Positions 12,600 through 26,271 of a stretch of DNA of 64,000 nucleotides are shown in pieces. The stretch lies in NCBI GenBank assembly GCA_001179505.1, contig CDMY01000964.1, positions 62,001 to 126,000 of the forward strand. The letters run 5' to 3'. Within the stretch, counting starts at the first letter, position 1. The number at the start of each line of letters is the position of its first letter. The position numbers were made by a program, and so were the translations under genes. The notes under the pieces were generated by a model. The model did no database searches, had not been told where the DNA came from, and worked only from the letters and a program-made list of their open reading frames with translations. The DNA is from Vitrella brassicaformis CCMP3155. Taxonomy: Eukaryota > Protista > Chromerida.

Positions 12600-15484
12600 G
12601 CCTGCCACAGTGAGTGATTTCACGTCATTTGTCTTTGCCTATGGGCACATAAGTAAGTGGCTTGGTGCACTGTACATGTACTGGATGCCTCGATACTGTG
12701 TGTGTTGAGAGTGCGTGCGCGCGTGTGTCTTGAGGGTGCGTGTGTGTGTGTGTGAAGGTGTGTGAGAGGGTGAAGCAGTTGTCGTCGGCTGCGTCACTTT
12801 TTCCTCGTCAGTAAGTTTTCATCTGGCCTGTCTGGCCGCCATTCTCTCCTTGAGACAGAGCGTGTTGGTGTAGTGTATTTCTACGTAGAGAGAGACTGGG
12901 CATGCTGTTCTCGACGATAGGTGGCTAGGCTCCAGTAGGTAGATGGATGGATGCCCTGAGTGTTGGTTGCGTGGAGAGAGAGAGAGAGATGCTTTGCTGT
13001 GGGGTGATGAGAACTCGACGAGACGAACAAACATGAGGAAGATGTCCACTGTTGCCCGCCGTCAGGCACTGGACATGTCACGTTCCACATTCATCTCATT
13101 CATCCACCCGCTCGTTCACGGGGGTCCCATAGTCCGCCCTCTCACAAACGGTCGCACACGCCATGCCTCCATGCATCAAGACGCCCTCACACGAACACGA
13201 ACACGACGCGACACGCAGACCGTCCTGATGGGTGGTGGGTGTGGGGATGTGTGTGTGACGAGAGACCAAACGGCGCGCCATCGTCCATCGAGCAAAATTG
13301 TGTCATCAAACGCACAAATCATGCCGACAACAGACAGACTACCGATAATGTGATGCCTCGTGTTGTGAGAGGAGGGAGGGGAGAGCGGGGGTGGGGGGGT
13401 GGAGCGGCATCACACACGGCCACGGCCGGCCCCACTCGGGCAGGACACTCACGCACAAAAAGACGGCCGGCCGGCAGCCATTGATGTGTCGCCTCCTTCT
13501 CCCCGCCAGCCGTTCTGACAGGGAGGGCGGCGCACACGTAAAGGCAGCACACACACACACCGACCGACCGACCGACCGACCGACCCACACACACACAGGC
13601 AGGCAGGCAGGCACCCAGCCATGCAGGCCGAATTCAGAGGAGCATTGCACCATCCATCCATCCTCATGTTAGGCATCTCTCTCTCTCTGTCGCAGTCAGA
13701 AATAAACACAGGCGCTCCCGCAGCAATCAATCACCTACACACGACACGGCACGACACACACGCATGCACCCATGTAGCATCGCTTAATAGAAAGAAGTTG
13801 CCCTCTCTCTCTTCCTCTTTGTCCCTCTCCCTCTCCCTGAGAAGTCAGTGGCTGTTAATCCCTACTTGATCGTACACGGGAAAATGGGCGGCCATCGGTC
13901 AGAGTCAGACCGACATGCCGCCCTGGGCGCATGGCCGGCAGACGAGTGAGGTGATCGAGATCGATCCCCCGTCTGCCTGCCGGCATCGCCGGAAAACTGA
14001 CGCTGCTGCAGAAAGGCCGGCCAGCCAAAATGGCCGGCCGATCAGCAGCAGCGTGGTACTGTCTGCAAGAGGTAGGTGGTAGAGAAACAGACATGCACAC
14101 GCACACGTGAGGCATACATACTCACACACAGAGCTTGAAACAGGCCGTGTAGCAGCTGTACAGGTGCGGGCAGGCAGGCAGGCAGGCAGGCAGGGAAAGG
14201 CCGTTGCTTTCAAGGTTTGTGGGGATGTACTCATGTAAGCAGGCGTGTGTGTGCTACTGGTGCGGGTGTCCGCAGCCATCCATCCAGCCATCCATCCATC
14301 CATGAAGGCGGCCGGTCAGGCAGACAGGCAGGCAGACAGGCAGGCAGGCGTGTATATTACAAAGAGCAGGGGCATGTTGCATGCAGGTCACATCCATCCC
14401 CCTCTCTCCCCCTCCCCGCTCAATCCATCCATCCATCACATCATGCGCTCACTCACTCGACGACCGACTCTTAGTCTACACGACAGGCAGGCACGCGGAC
14501 ACGTGCTCCTCATCTCGCAAAGGCAAATCAATCAACACGGAGAGACACCGATACCGACACAGACGCCCACTCCTCCCCAGCCCCCCTCCCCCACCGCACC
14601 GTAAAATCATCACAGAGAGACGCGACAGCGACCGACCGACACGTCATCCATCCATCCATCCGTCCAGGGTCACCATGCGTGAAAAAAGGCGAGACGCGGG
14701 GACCAAACCCTCATTGTGGTGTCTCGTATGTTCGCTTTCTACGGCAGCTGGCGGGGCTACGGTACGGGTGCGTGTGACTCGACAGACAGACAGACACACA
14801 GACAGACAGCCACGGGGGCTCGTGCTGCACGAACGTCGATGTGTGTGTGTCTCTCTCTCATCTCATTCATCCAGCCATCCGTCCAAGGCGCCCCTTCACA
14901 CTGACACACCCAGCCAGCCAGACAGACAGGTGAGGTGGACGGATGGACACGACGGCACGGCAAGCAAACAAGAATGACCGAGTGACGAGCGACATGACGA
15001 AAAAGAGTTGAGTACGGAAACACTGTTTCTTTCTAGCCTACGGCACACACTCCTCTTCTCATGTGTGTGTGTGTGTGTGTGTGAGTCAATGTCGGTTGGC
15101 CGGCTAGCTGGCTGGCGGGTACACGGGCACCACCGCGCCCTCGAGCAACCAATCTGACGGACCAGTGCGCTCACCGTCCAGCAGACGGATCACCAGATGG
15201 AGCCGTAGCCATGTACACCCAGCTGGTAGCCGAACACTGTCCAGACAGACATGAGCGTGATGACAGACAGACAACTGCCTCTCTTTCTCTCACTCAGAAG
15301 CGAGTCGAAATCGAAATTCACGTGCTACCTAGCTTAGCTAACCAACAACAGCCACGCCCCTCCCTCCCTCCCTCCCTCTCTCTGGCCAATTCGCCCATCC
15401 CTCATCCATCCATCCATCCATCAGTGGTTTGTACTACGCAAGCATCAAATCATCACACTATAGGAAGGTCGAGAAACGTACTCT
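12600..15484. repeat. Microsatellite-rich intergenic region (CA, GA, CCAT, GGCA, CCGA, GACA)
   Basis: Tandem arrays are visible directly; no convincing coding ORF. Confidence 0.7.
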
Positions 15485-15784
15485 NNNNNNNNNNNNNNNN
15501 NNNNNNNNNNNNNNNNNNNNNNNNNNNNNNNNNNNNNNNNNNNNNNNNNNNNNNNNNNNNNNNNNNNNNNNNNNNNNNNNNNNNNNNNNNNNNNNNNNNN
15601 NNNNNNNNNNNNNNNNNNNNNNNNNNNNNNNNNNNNNNNNNNNNNNNNNNNNNNNNNNNNNNNNNNNNNNNNNNNNNNNNNNNNNNNNNNNNNNNNNNNN
15701 NNNNNNNNNNNNNNNNNNNNNNNNNNNNNNNNNNNNNNNNNNNNNNNNNNNNNNNNNNNNNNNNNNNNNNNNNNNNNNNNNNNN
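15485..15784. other. Assembly gap (300 N); identical-size gaps at 21687-21986, 23313-23612, 29830-30129, 31418-31717, 35438-35737 and 61085-61384
   Basis: All seven gaps are exactly 300 N (placeholders of unknown true size); most are flanked by G/C-rich or poly-G/C runs. Confidence 0.99.
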
Positions 15785-15876
15785 GGAGGGAGGGAGGGGG
15801 AGGGGTGTTGGCTAAAGGTGGCTGCTTCTAGCCACCAAAGTGGCTCAAATCAATATATGCAAAGTCCTCATCGTGC

Positions 15877-17416
15877 TCACAGCTCTGGGCTGCCCCAGTG
15901 GCGGGATGTCCCCCTGCACACACACCACACACACACACACACACACGTGAGCAGGTCATTTCCTCCTCCCTGCCCCCGTTTCCCCCGCTCGCTCACCATG
16001 AGCAAATCTCCTCTGTCTGTTCGGGCGACTCGTAGAGCGACCACGCCCTCGGCCAGTTGGTCAGGCACAGCTCGCTGATGACAAATCGGTTCCCGGCGCC
16101 GCCTGCGTGGGACGGCGACCCGCAGGGGGACGCCTGCTGCGGCTGGTGCTGCTGGTGGTGGGGGGTGTGCTGGTGGGGCGACGGCCGCTTGCACTTGACG
16201 GATCGGCGGCGGGGCTTGTGGGCGTTGGTGCTATCCGCGCTCTGATGACATGAGATGGGATGGATGGACGGATGATTGGCTGCTGTGTCCTGTGTGTGGC
16301 TGACCTGTCTCATGAAGAGGAGGAGGTACGCACTGTGCTGCTTGACTTGGTTGGGGATGTCCCGCAGCTGGTCCCACGAACACACCGCAGCGCTCGACAT
16401 CGCCAACGGATTCGCATCGACGTCAGGGATGCCTGAACACAACCAAGCCACATAGCGGTGACGCATAAATCCCCCCCCACCCACACACACCCACCGACTC
16501 ACTCACCGAGGTGCAGGAGTGTCTCCTTGGTGGCCTTGTCGGCCTCCTTCAACAAATTGGCCCTCGTCCTGAACTTGAGCGTCACGCTGCCCCACTTCTG
16601 CAGTGCACCGTCGCCCTTCCACGCCGCCTCCCCGACGCCATTGGGACTCATCCCGCGACGCCCCTCCCTCTCGGCGTGCATCGTAGGCGCCTTCAGGGGC
16701 CGGTTGTGCACACAGGGGTAGAAGAAGCGGCAGTCGTTCATGCGCGCGAAGTGGCGGAGGGACGGCGAGACGGCCGAGAGGTTGACGATGGCGGCCGTGT
16801 CGAGGTATGAGATGAGGGAGTGGAGGAGGTCCAGGGGGAGGGGCGGGCACTGGGGGGGCGAGATGGAGGCCTGCTTGGCCAGGGTGGGGTTGACGGTCGC
16901 CATGAGGGCGCTCTTGAGGCCCTTGAACGGCTCGTAGTTGACCAACAAACGCTCTAAGGCAGCCTGATTGATTGACCGATGAACCGACACACACAGACGA
17001 AGGACGCCTCCACTGGTGCCATCAATGGGTGTGTCGCATTGCAGCGAGTGCATCGTTGTCTCACTCACCTCGACGGGCTCGTCCTTCCCCAACACGATCT
17101 CCTTCCCTGCAGCCATAACACACACACCCCACCGTATGCTTGTTTGTCTACTCCTCCCAGTCAGTGTGTTGTCCCCTCCCTCCCTCCCTCCCTCACCCTT
17201 AAGCTCTTCCAGTTCCAGGTACCTGACGCTGCCGGCCGCCATCTCCATGAATGTGCCCTTCCCGCTCGCCGCGGACACAGGCGTGACAGTGCGGCAGACC
17301 CGCCGCCGGCCGGTGAGTGAGGGGGGCGGCACGATGCCCAGGCCGGGCGTGAGGCCGCGCTGTTCTCGCGTCGACGACCAGGTGGCTTCGGAGGGGCGCG
17401 ATGACAGCATGGTCAT
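15877..17416 (-). CDS. F-box-like domain protein, multi-exon
   Basis: Joinable exons: MTMLSSRPSEAT..., GKEIVLGKDEPV..., AALERLLVNYE...PPLPLDLLHSLISYLDTAAIVNLSAVSPSLRHFA (F-box-like L-P-x-[DE]-L-L-x-x-I-x-S-Y-L pattern), GIPDVDAN..., SADST...EICSW|GTSRHWGSPEL*. The start codon is uncertain. Confidence 0.6.
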
Positions 17417-17716
17417 GGTCCTCAACCAAACACGTGCACGTGTGTAGTACGTCGCTCCGCTGCTGGCGATTTGTAGCTCTCGCGTGGTGAACACAGCGTA
17501 TCGTATCGGCGGTTGGGTGGCGAAGGACAGGGAGAGGTGAGGATGGCAACGGACCTTTTCTCGGCGAGACTGCGCGCTATTCTCTACAAGCTCGCAAGAG
17601 GGGGAGAGAAGAGAGAGAGATAATCTTGCCACAGCGTCGTGCGTAGCGCCTTCCCCGTTGCTCGCTGATCGTATCTACCCATCAGTTATCGAAATCGCCG
17701 CCTGATCATCCATTCG

Positions 17717-19095
17717 ATGGAGGACGCCAAGCTCAAGGAGCTGCAGGAGCTCAAGAAGCAGCGGCAGAAGGAGCTCGCCGAGAAGAAGAAGCTCCTCGAC
17801 GACCTCAAGAAGAAACAGCAGGACAAACTCAGACAGAATGCAGGAAAGGGCGACAAACACGCGGCCACGGCGCCGATGGACGAGCTGCTCGAGGAGATCC
17901 TCTCGGCCCCGCCGGTGTTCAAGAAGGACGAGGCGGCCGCCCTTGCGGCACCTGCCAAGGGGGACAAGGGGGCGGGCAAGGCCGGTACTGGCGCGGGCGG
18001 GGCGGCGGGCAAAGGCGGCGTCAGGCTGGGCAGGTCGCCCAACGTCGCCGAAGTGCACATACAGCCAAAGGTAACCATTCGCACACATCACACGCACACA
18101 CACACACACATACACACACACATCCCGCCATGTGTGTGTGTGTGTAGGTAGTGGATGCGTACGAGAAGGCCACGCAGGCTGACATAGAGGGGGACCACCA
18201 CCCGCGGGTGCGCGAGGGCGGGGAGGAGGAGGGCGAGGGCGAGGGACTCGACGACCTCAAACCCCCCACACACGGCGGACACGCACCCCCGCCAAAGGGC
18301 CGCGAACGCAGGAGCTCCGTCGTGTCGGTCAGCCAGTGATTTACCCAACCACCCCATTCCCCAACACACGCACACACACACGAGATGGTGTTGCTGTGTG
18401 TGATGTGTGTGTTTGCAGGCGCAGAAGTTCCGTGAGGCTCACGCCAAGGCTGGTGACAAGCACGTGCACCCCCACCCGCCGCCGTCTGGCGAGGGGGAGG
18501 AGGGCGAGGGCGACCACGCCAAAAAGGAAATCGAGAAACACGGTAAGTCTGCCGTCAGACAGACAGACAGACAGACAGTTGGTTGCGTCGCAGAGTTGCC
18601 CGATGAGGACCGTCAGAAGATCCTGACCAGCACTGACTTCGCGGACTTCTTCAACAAGACGTCTAGACTGGTCAGGGAGAGGGAGAGGGAGAGAGGCACT
18701 CACTCAACCGACACGTTCGCAATACGGGTGTGTGTGTGTGTGTCACAACCAACAGGTAGAGCGTGCGCTGGGTGCTCAGTTTGACATCTTAGTGGACTAC
18801 TCAGGCGTCGCTGCAGAGGAGGGCAACGAGTGAGTCAGCTACCAAACCAAACCAGACCCAGCCACACACACAACGCTCAACCTGCTGTCGTCATATGTAT
18901 GGTTGTGCGTGTGTATGGCTGGTCCGACTGGTCAGCATGGAGGGTGTGGAGAAGGTGAAGCGTCACGAGACCTACCGGGACGACAAGTGGACGCAGGGCA
19001 GGTGCGTCACCTCCGTCTGCAACTCGCCTAAGGTCAGTCAGTACGGTGGTGGCAACCACACGCACACACACCCTAACACACGCCCATCTCTCTCC

Positions 19096-19126
<31 letters not shown>

Positions 19127-20304
19127 TGTGCAGTTCCCCGAGTTGTTTATGGCGTCCTACGGGCAGCGTGAGAACGCCGCACCCACAGACCCCGACGGAT
19201 GTGTCCTGGTACACACACATGGACACACAGACAGACACACGCACACACGAACGAACCAACTTACTTTGCCCCATGTCACGGACACTTTGCACATGTGTTT
19301 TGTTTTGTGGAGGTATGGAGTTTGCCCATGACTCAGCGGCCGGAATACGTCTTCACCTGCCAGGTCACACACGCACAGAGAGAGAGAGAGAGAGAGCGAT
19401 GACGGCATGTGTGTCCCCATGTGTGTTGTGTGTGTGTTGCACACAGAGTGCTGTGTTGACGGCGTGTTTCGACAAGTTCCAGCCCCACCTGGTGATCGGC
19501 GGCACCTACTCGGGCAGTATCGTCCTCTGGGACACACGCGCAAAGGTAAAGGAGTTAGCACCACCCACCACACCATCTGTCCATCTGTCCATCTGTGTGT
19601 CTGTGTGTCTCTCTCTGTGTGGTCAGGCTGGGCCCATTCATCGCACGCCCCTGTCCTCCAGGGGCCACGCACACCCGGTCGGTCACTGAGGGAGGGAGGG
19701 ACGGAGCGAGGGAAGGAGGGGCAACGGTCATTCCGTCCGTCCGTCGTTGCGTGCTGCTTTTGTCACATTGCCTGCAGGTGTACTCGATGGCGTTGGTCGG
19801 CACCCAGAATGCTCACAACCTCATTAGCGTCTCCACAGGTGCGTGGGAGAGATGATGTGATGTGTGGGCTCATCTCTCGCCGTCCGCTTATCTATATCTC
19901 TCTCTCTGTGTGTGTGTGTGTGGCTGACCGTCATGGCAGATGGCCGTCTGTGCGTGTGGTCCCTGGGCATGCTCGTCCACCCACAGGCACACACACCCCC
20001 ACTCACACCCATTCATCGCCCAACCATCCCTGGGTGTTGCGCGCGCGCGCGTGTGTGTGTGTGTGCAGGAGTTTATCGATTTCAAGAAGGGCAACCGTGA
20101 CGTGTCGGTGACCTGCATGGCCTTCGAGGAGGGAGAGACCAACGTACTCATGGCAGGTCAGACCCTCACACACAGGCACACCGCACCGACAAACACACAC
20201 CTGATGCTGGGCGTGTGTTTGTGTGTGTGTGTGATGGTGTCTGCAGGTGCTGAGGACGGCAGCATAGTGCAGGCACACATACACGGCACGTACGTGACAC
20301 ACAT

Positions 20305-20339
<35 letters not shown>

Positions 20340-21534
20340 TCCGTCAATCCCTCCCCATGGGCGTGGCCATCTATGTGTGCAGCAAGGTAGGTGTGACTGA
20401 GGCGTTTGAGGGCCACGACGGGCCCATTACGGGGGTCGACTACCACCCCATCGGAGAGGCCGCATCGCACGGAGCCGACTTCTCGGGTCAGTCGCCAAGA
20501 CACAAAAGAACGAGACACAGATGGCTGGATGGCGTCTGTGTGTCAGATTTGTTGTTGTCGACATCGTTTGACTGGACGATTCGCCTGTGGAGCCCCAAGC
20601 ACCACTCGCAGTGCCTGCACTCGTTCGAGGTGTCCGAGGACTACGTATACGACGCTAAATGGTACGGCACGCCCTGACGCACACACACATGGATGGATGG
20701 ATGTGTGTGTGTGGTGGCTGCAGGCACCCACACCACCCTGCAGTGTTTGCTTCGGTTGACGGTGAGGGCAACCTCGACGTGTGGGACCTCAACAAAGACC
20801 TAGAGGTAGGTCAGGGGGTATCCATCACGTCAATCCACACCACAGGCATGGTCACCTGAAGCGCGCGCGCGCGTGTGTGCGTGCGTGTGTAGTCTCCCCA
20901 TGTACGGGTCAACTCTGGGGAGTCCGCCATGAACCACCTCTGCTGGTCACCGGACGGTCAGTCAGAACACACACCCACACACAGGCCATTAATTAGTTGA
21001 CACGCCTTCGTTGTGTGGCGTCACGTCACATCAGGCCGTCGTTTAGTGAGCGGCACGTCGGAGGGCATCATCGCCGTATGGAACGTAGACAAGGAGGTCA
21101 GTCAGTCCAGCGAGAGAGACAACAACACACATGGATGGCCATATGGTTGATAGCCATCCATGCCACCCATGCCGTGTGTCGTGTCAGTTGACGACCCCCA
21201 AGCCGGAGGACTGGGCGCGGCTGGAGGAGCAAATCATGGACCTCAAACCGTAAGGAACGGACACGCCACCATACGCACCGACACAGACACTCTCCAATGT
21301 GCGGTTTGTTGTGGTGTCGTTCGGTTGCAGTGCGGACGCCGGCGCGGGCACGGTTGGCACCGGGTGAGTGAGCGGAGGACACAGAGGGGAAGGAAATCTA
21401 TCAATCCTCTCATGGGATGTCGTGTGCTGTGGTTTGCTGTGTTGTGTTGTGTTGTCAGAGTGGGTGTGGGTGCGCCTGTGGGCGGCAAGCTGGCCATAGA
21501 TAGCAAGGCCAAGGACATTCTTGGCGAGAAGTGA
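17717..21534 (+). CDS. DYNC1I: Cytoplasmic dynein intermediate chain (WD40 repeats), multi-exon
   Basis: N-terminal coiled coil [27 protein letters not shown]40 exons: [116 protein letters not shown]. Ends KDILGEK* at 21534. Confidence 0.92.
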
Positions 21535-21986
21535 AATGAATGATGGTCGATCCGTCGTCCACGATCCACCAACCAACCACACACACACAAAGGGATGGGT
21601 AGCTGGACGGCTGGCTGCAGTGGGTTGATCGATCAACGATGCACCCACCTGTTTGGGCGGCATGGTGGCGAGGAAGGAAGGCCATANNNNNNNNNNNNNN
21701 NNNNNNNNNNNNNNNNNNNNNNNNNNNNNNNNNNNNNNNNNNNNNNNNNNNNNNNNNNNNNNNNNNNNNNNNNNNNNNNNNNNNNNNNNNNNNNNNNNNN
21801 NNNNNNNNNNNNNNNNNNNNNNNNNNNNNNNNNNNNNNNNNNNNNNNNNNNNNNNNNNNNNNNNNNNNNNNNNNNNNNNNNNNNNNNNNNNNNNNNNNNN
21901 NNNNNNNNNNNNNNNNNNNNNNNNNNNNNNNNNNNNNNNNNNNNNNNNNNNNNNNNNNNNNNNNNNNNNNNNNNNNNNNNNNNNNN

Positions 21987-22768
21987 GCAGTGTTTGCTTC
22001 GGTTGACGGTGAGGGCAACCTCGACGTGTGGGACCTCAACAAAGACCTAGAGGTAGGTGAGGGGGTATCTATCGCCTCAATCGCCCCACACCACAGGCAT
22101 GGTCACCTGGCGCGTGTGTGTGTGTGTGTAGTCTCCGCATATTCGTGTCAACTCTGGCGAGTCCGCCATAAACCACCTCTGCTGGTCACCGGACGGTCAG
22201 TCAGAACACACACCCACACACAGGCCATTAATTAGTTGACACGCCTTCGTTGTGTGGCGTCACGTCACATCAGGCCGTCGTTTAGTGAGCGGCACGTCGG
22301 AGGGCATCATCGCCGTTTGGAACGTAGACAAGGAGGTCAGTCAGTCCAGCGAGAGAGACAATAACACACATGGATGGCCATATGGTTGACAGCCATCCTT
22401 GTGTCAGTTGACGACCCCGAAGCCGGAGGACTGGGCGCGGCTGGAGGAGCAAATCATGGACCTCAAACCGTAAGTAACGGACACGCCATACACCAGACCA
22501 GACCAGAGACACGCGGACACAGACACTGTCCACTGTGCGGTTTGGTGTGCTCTTGTCCGATTTGTTTTAGTGCGGATGCCGGCGCAGGCACGGTTGGCAC
22601 CGGGTGAGCCGAGTACAGAGAGGGGAAGGAAATCAACCTTCTCGCATGGGATGTCGTGTGCTGTGCTTTGCTGTGTTGTGTTGTGTTGTCAGAGTGGGTG
22701 TGGGTGCGCCTGTGGGCGGCAAGCTGGCGATAGATAGCAAGGCCAAGGACATTCTCGGCGAGAAGTGA
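21987..22768 (+). CDS. Second copy of dynein intermediate chain 3' exons (5' part absent or hidden in gap 21687-21986)
   Basis: [22 protein letters not shown]|[22 protein letters not shown]|...|KDILGEK*. Splice sites are intact; two conservative amino-acid changes (V>I, M>I) relative to copy 1; introns have diverged. Confidence 0.75.
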
Positions 22769-23612
22769 AATGAATGATGGTCGATCCGTCGTCCACGATC
22801 CACCAACCACACACACACACACACAAAGGGATGGGTAGCTGGACGGCTAGCTGCAGTGGGTTGATCGATCAACGATGCACCCACCTGTTTGGGCGGCATG
22901 GTGGCGAGGAAGGAAGGCCATAGCTATGTGTCACCGATTGGACTGCGTGAGTGACATGGGGTGGGGTGCATGGCATGGTGGATGGACGGTTTAGTCGGCT
23001 GATTAGGCAACTGGCTGGCTGGCTGCGTGGTGTGCGTGGCCTGTGTGATGGGCTGGCTGGTCTGCAGGGGCGAGGGATGGAGGGAGGGCAGCGGAATGGA
23101 ACCCATCGATGACATATATTTGTATGTGTGTCCATATATCATACGATACGTATGTGTCACATGTATGTATGTATCTGTGTGCGTTTGTGTGTCGGTCTGT
23201 CTCATTGTGTAGCTCCTGTCTGCCTGCCTGCCTGCCCGTCTTCTCCATGACTGGGCTTTCAAACGACAGACAGACACCATGTGTGTGTGTGGGTGTGGGT
23301 GTGGAGTGTGGGNNNNNNNNNNNNNNNNNNNNNNNNNNNNNNNNNNNNNNNNNNNNNNNNNNNNNNNNNNNNNNNNNNNNNNNNNNNNNNNNNNNNNNNN
23401 NNNNNNNNNNNNNNNNNNNNNNNNNNNNNNNNNNNNNNNNNNNNNNNNNNNNNNNNNNNNNNNNNNNNNNNNNNNNNNNNNNNNNNNNNNNNNNNNNNNN
23501 NNNNNNNNNNNNNNNNNNNNNNNNNNNNNNNNNNNNNNNNNNNNNNNNNNNNNNNNNNNNNNNNNNNNNNNNNNNNNNNNNNNNNNNNNNNNNNNNNNNN
23601 NNNNNNNNNNNN

Positions 23613-24531
23613 GCCTGCACTCATTCGAGGTGTCCGAGGACTACGTATACGACGCTAAATGGTACGGCACGCCCTGACGCTCACACAGATAGATGGACGG
23701 ATGGATGGATGTGTGTGTGTGTGGTGGCTGCAGGCACCCACACCATCCTGCAGTGTTTGCTTCGGTTGACGGTGAGGGCAATCTCGACGTGTGGGACCTC
23801 AACAAAGACCTAGAGGTGGGTGAGGGGGTATCTATCGCCTCAATCCACACCACAGGCACAGTCACCTGGCGCGCGCGTGTGTGTGTGTGTGTGTGTAGTC
23901 TCCCCATGTACGGGTCAACTCTGGCGAGTCCGCCATGAACCACCTCTGCTGGTCACCGGACGGTCAGTCAGAACACACACCCACACACAGGCCATTAATT
24001 AGTTGACACGCCTTCGTTGTGTGGCGTCACGTCACATCAGGCCGTCGTTTAGTGAGCGGCACGTCGGAGGGCATCATCGCCGTTTGGAACGTAGACAAGG
24101 AGGTCAGTCAGTCCAGCGAGAGAGACAATATATAACACAGCGAGTGCTACCTGCATAAGCATAATGACTGTGTGGTTGGGTTGATATCTGTCCATTTATC
24201 GTCAGTTGACGACCCCCAAGCCGGAGGACTGGGCGCGGCTGGAGGAGCAAATCATGGACCTCAAACCGTAAGGAACGGACACGCCATACGCACCGACACA
24301 CACACTCTCCAATGTGCGCTTTGTTGTGGTGTCGTTCGGTTGCAGTGCGGACGCCGGCGCAGGCACGGTTGGCACCGGGTGAGCAGAGGACACAGAGGGG
24401 AAGGAAATCAACCTTCTCATGGGGTGTGCTGTGGTTTGCTGTGTTGTGTTGTCAGAGTGGGCGTGGGTGCGCCTGTGGGCGGCAAGCTGGCCATAGATAG
24501 CAAGGCCAAGGACATCCTTGGCGAGAAATGA
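23613..24531 (+). CDS. Third copy of dynein intermediate chain 3' exons (5' part absent or hidden in gap 23313-23612)
   Basis: [16 protein letters not shown]|HPHHPAVF...|...KDILGEK*. Splice sites are intact and the exonic changes I could read are synonymous; the intron at ~24117-24205 differs from copies 1 and 2. Confidence 0.75.
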
Positions 24532-25227
24532 ATATATGATGGTCGATCCGTCGTCCACGATCCACCACATACACACACACACAGGGATGGGTAGCTTGCC
24601 GGCTGGCTGCAGTTGGTTGATCGATCAACGATGCACCCACCTGTTTGGGCGGCATGGTGGTGAAGGAGGAAGGCCATAGTATGTATCACTGACCGATTGG
24701 ACTGCGTGGCGTGACATGGGGTGGGGTGGGGTGCATGGTGGATGGACGGTTTAGTTGGTTGATTAGGCAACTGGCTGGCTGCGTGCGTGGCGTGGCGTGG
24801 CGTGTGTGATGGGCTGACTGGTCTGTAGGGGCGATTGAGGGAAGGGCACGACGGCCACGTGCGCCTTCTTCCTCTGCGGCCGCATTGCAAAGGAGGCCAG
24901 CGACTACTCGCGGGGAACCCATTACATATATTTGTATGTGTGTCCATACATTATATACGAATGTGTCAAATGTATGTCTGTATCTCTGTGCGTCTGTCTG
25001 TATCTGTCCGTCTGTCACATTGTGTAGCTCCTGCCTGCCTGGCTGCCTTCTCCATGACTGGCCTTTCAAACGACAGACAGACACCATATGTGTGTGCGGG
25101 TGTGTGTGTACGCGGGGGTGTGAGAGTGCATCTGTGGGACTCTCGGGTATGCGGTGTGTCTGCCGGCATCATGTATTGCTCAACGCTACATGATGCCAAG
25201 CAAAGGGCAAGGATCAAAATTGATTCG

Positions 25228-25640
25228 TCAGTCAGAGTGCCATGCAAAGGTCTCAATCAGCAACACCACACTGAGTGTTGGCCGGACCCCCAGCATTTGC
25301 AGCGGATGGTGAGGCCGCCCGATGGCCTCTCTGCCTCGTCGGGAGTTTGCAAGCTGGCGCTTCAATGGGATGCCGCTCAGTGCCTTGGTGGCTATTGACC
25401 CATCGCTGAGTGAGGTGAGAGTTGTCAGCTGGGCCAGCTGCTGCAGGGCGCGGAATCGAGCGCCTGGATCACCAGCCGACGCTACCAGACAGCAGGTGTC
25501 GGCCACAGTGGCGGAGATCTCGGCCTCGAGGCTTTCCGCACCCCGTGTTGATGAGGTCGAACAAGTCGCGCGCACTCTTCAGCACTGCATCAGATGAGGC
25601 CATCGGCGGATCACCGCTGACCATCATCACATCTTCCTGA
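25228..25640 (-). pseudogene. Possible degenerate coding remnant (frameshifted, unknown family)
   Basis: Non-repetitive, coding-like stretch EDVMMVSGDPPMASSDAVLKSARDLFDLINTG, continuing after a frameshift as AESLEAEISATVADTCCLVASAGDPGARFRALQQLAQLTTL...; flanked by in-frame stops. Confidence 0.3.
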
Positions 25641-26271
25641 CACAAAGACGATCAGAGAGGAGACGGCAGCCATCCCATCCCAAGTGTCTTTGCCCTGTTT
25701 GCGGCTTCTGTATCTTGACTCACTTCTGCCTCACCTCCTGAGGCTCTTGGCCCAAGTAATGTCGTTTCGCCATCACAACGGCAACACACCACGTGCACCA
25801 CAGCTGCCCATCTTCGCCTCAATCCTGCAGGGCGGCTGACGTTGGGAGAGAGCTCTCACCCCGAGGCACCTCGACGAACCCGAGCACCAGCACCACACAG
25901 AAGCACCCAGCCGCACCTACAATCAATGCACCAGGGACACCACACAGACAGCACACAGCAGATGTGGCCGATGAAGGACGTGTCGGTTCGCTCCGCCTGC
26001 CTGACCAGCACCGCACCTGATGGGACGCAATAGGGTGGGCCTCTCAACACGCCAGCACACCGACCGACAGTGAAATAAGCCGGAAGGTGACAACACACGC
26101 ATCGAGAGCATTGTCTCGTAGATCTCGCTCGTTTAACCCTTCTCCGCTCTCGAACAGGCCTTACAGCGACGCTGGAGGCCGGTATTTGGTGTGGGAAGGA
26201 CGTCAGTGCACAGATCTGAAGAGAAAACAGACTTCATCAACTTCCAAAGCCACGGGCTGGAGCGGACGAAA

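Noticed and set aside
13855-15210. Possible small minus-strand exons (MATAPSGDPSAG..., ADSTTLLLIGRPFWLAG...)
   Set aside because: They could not be joined into a coherent spliced ORF and are embedded in microsatellites.
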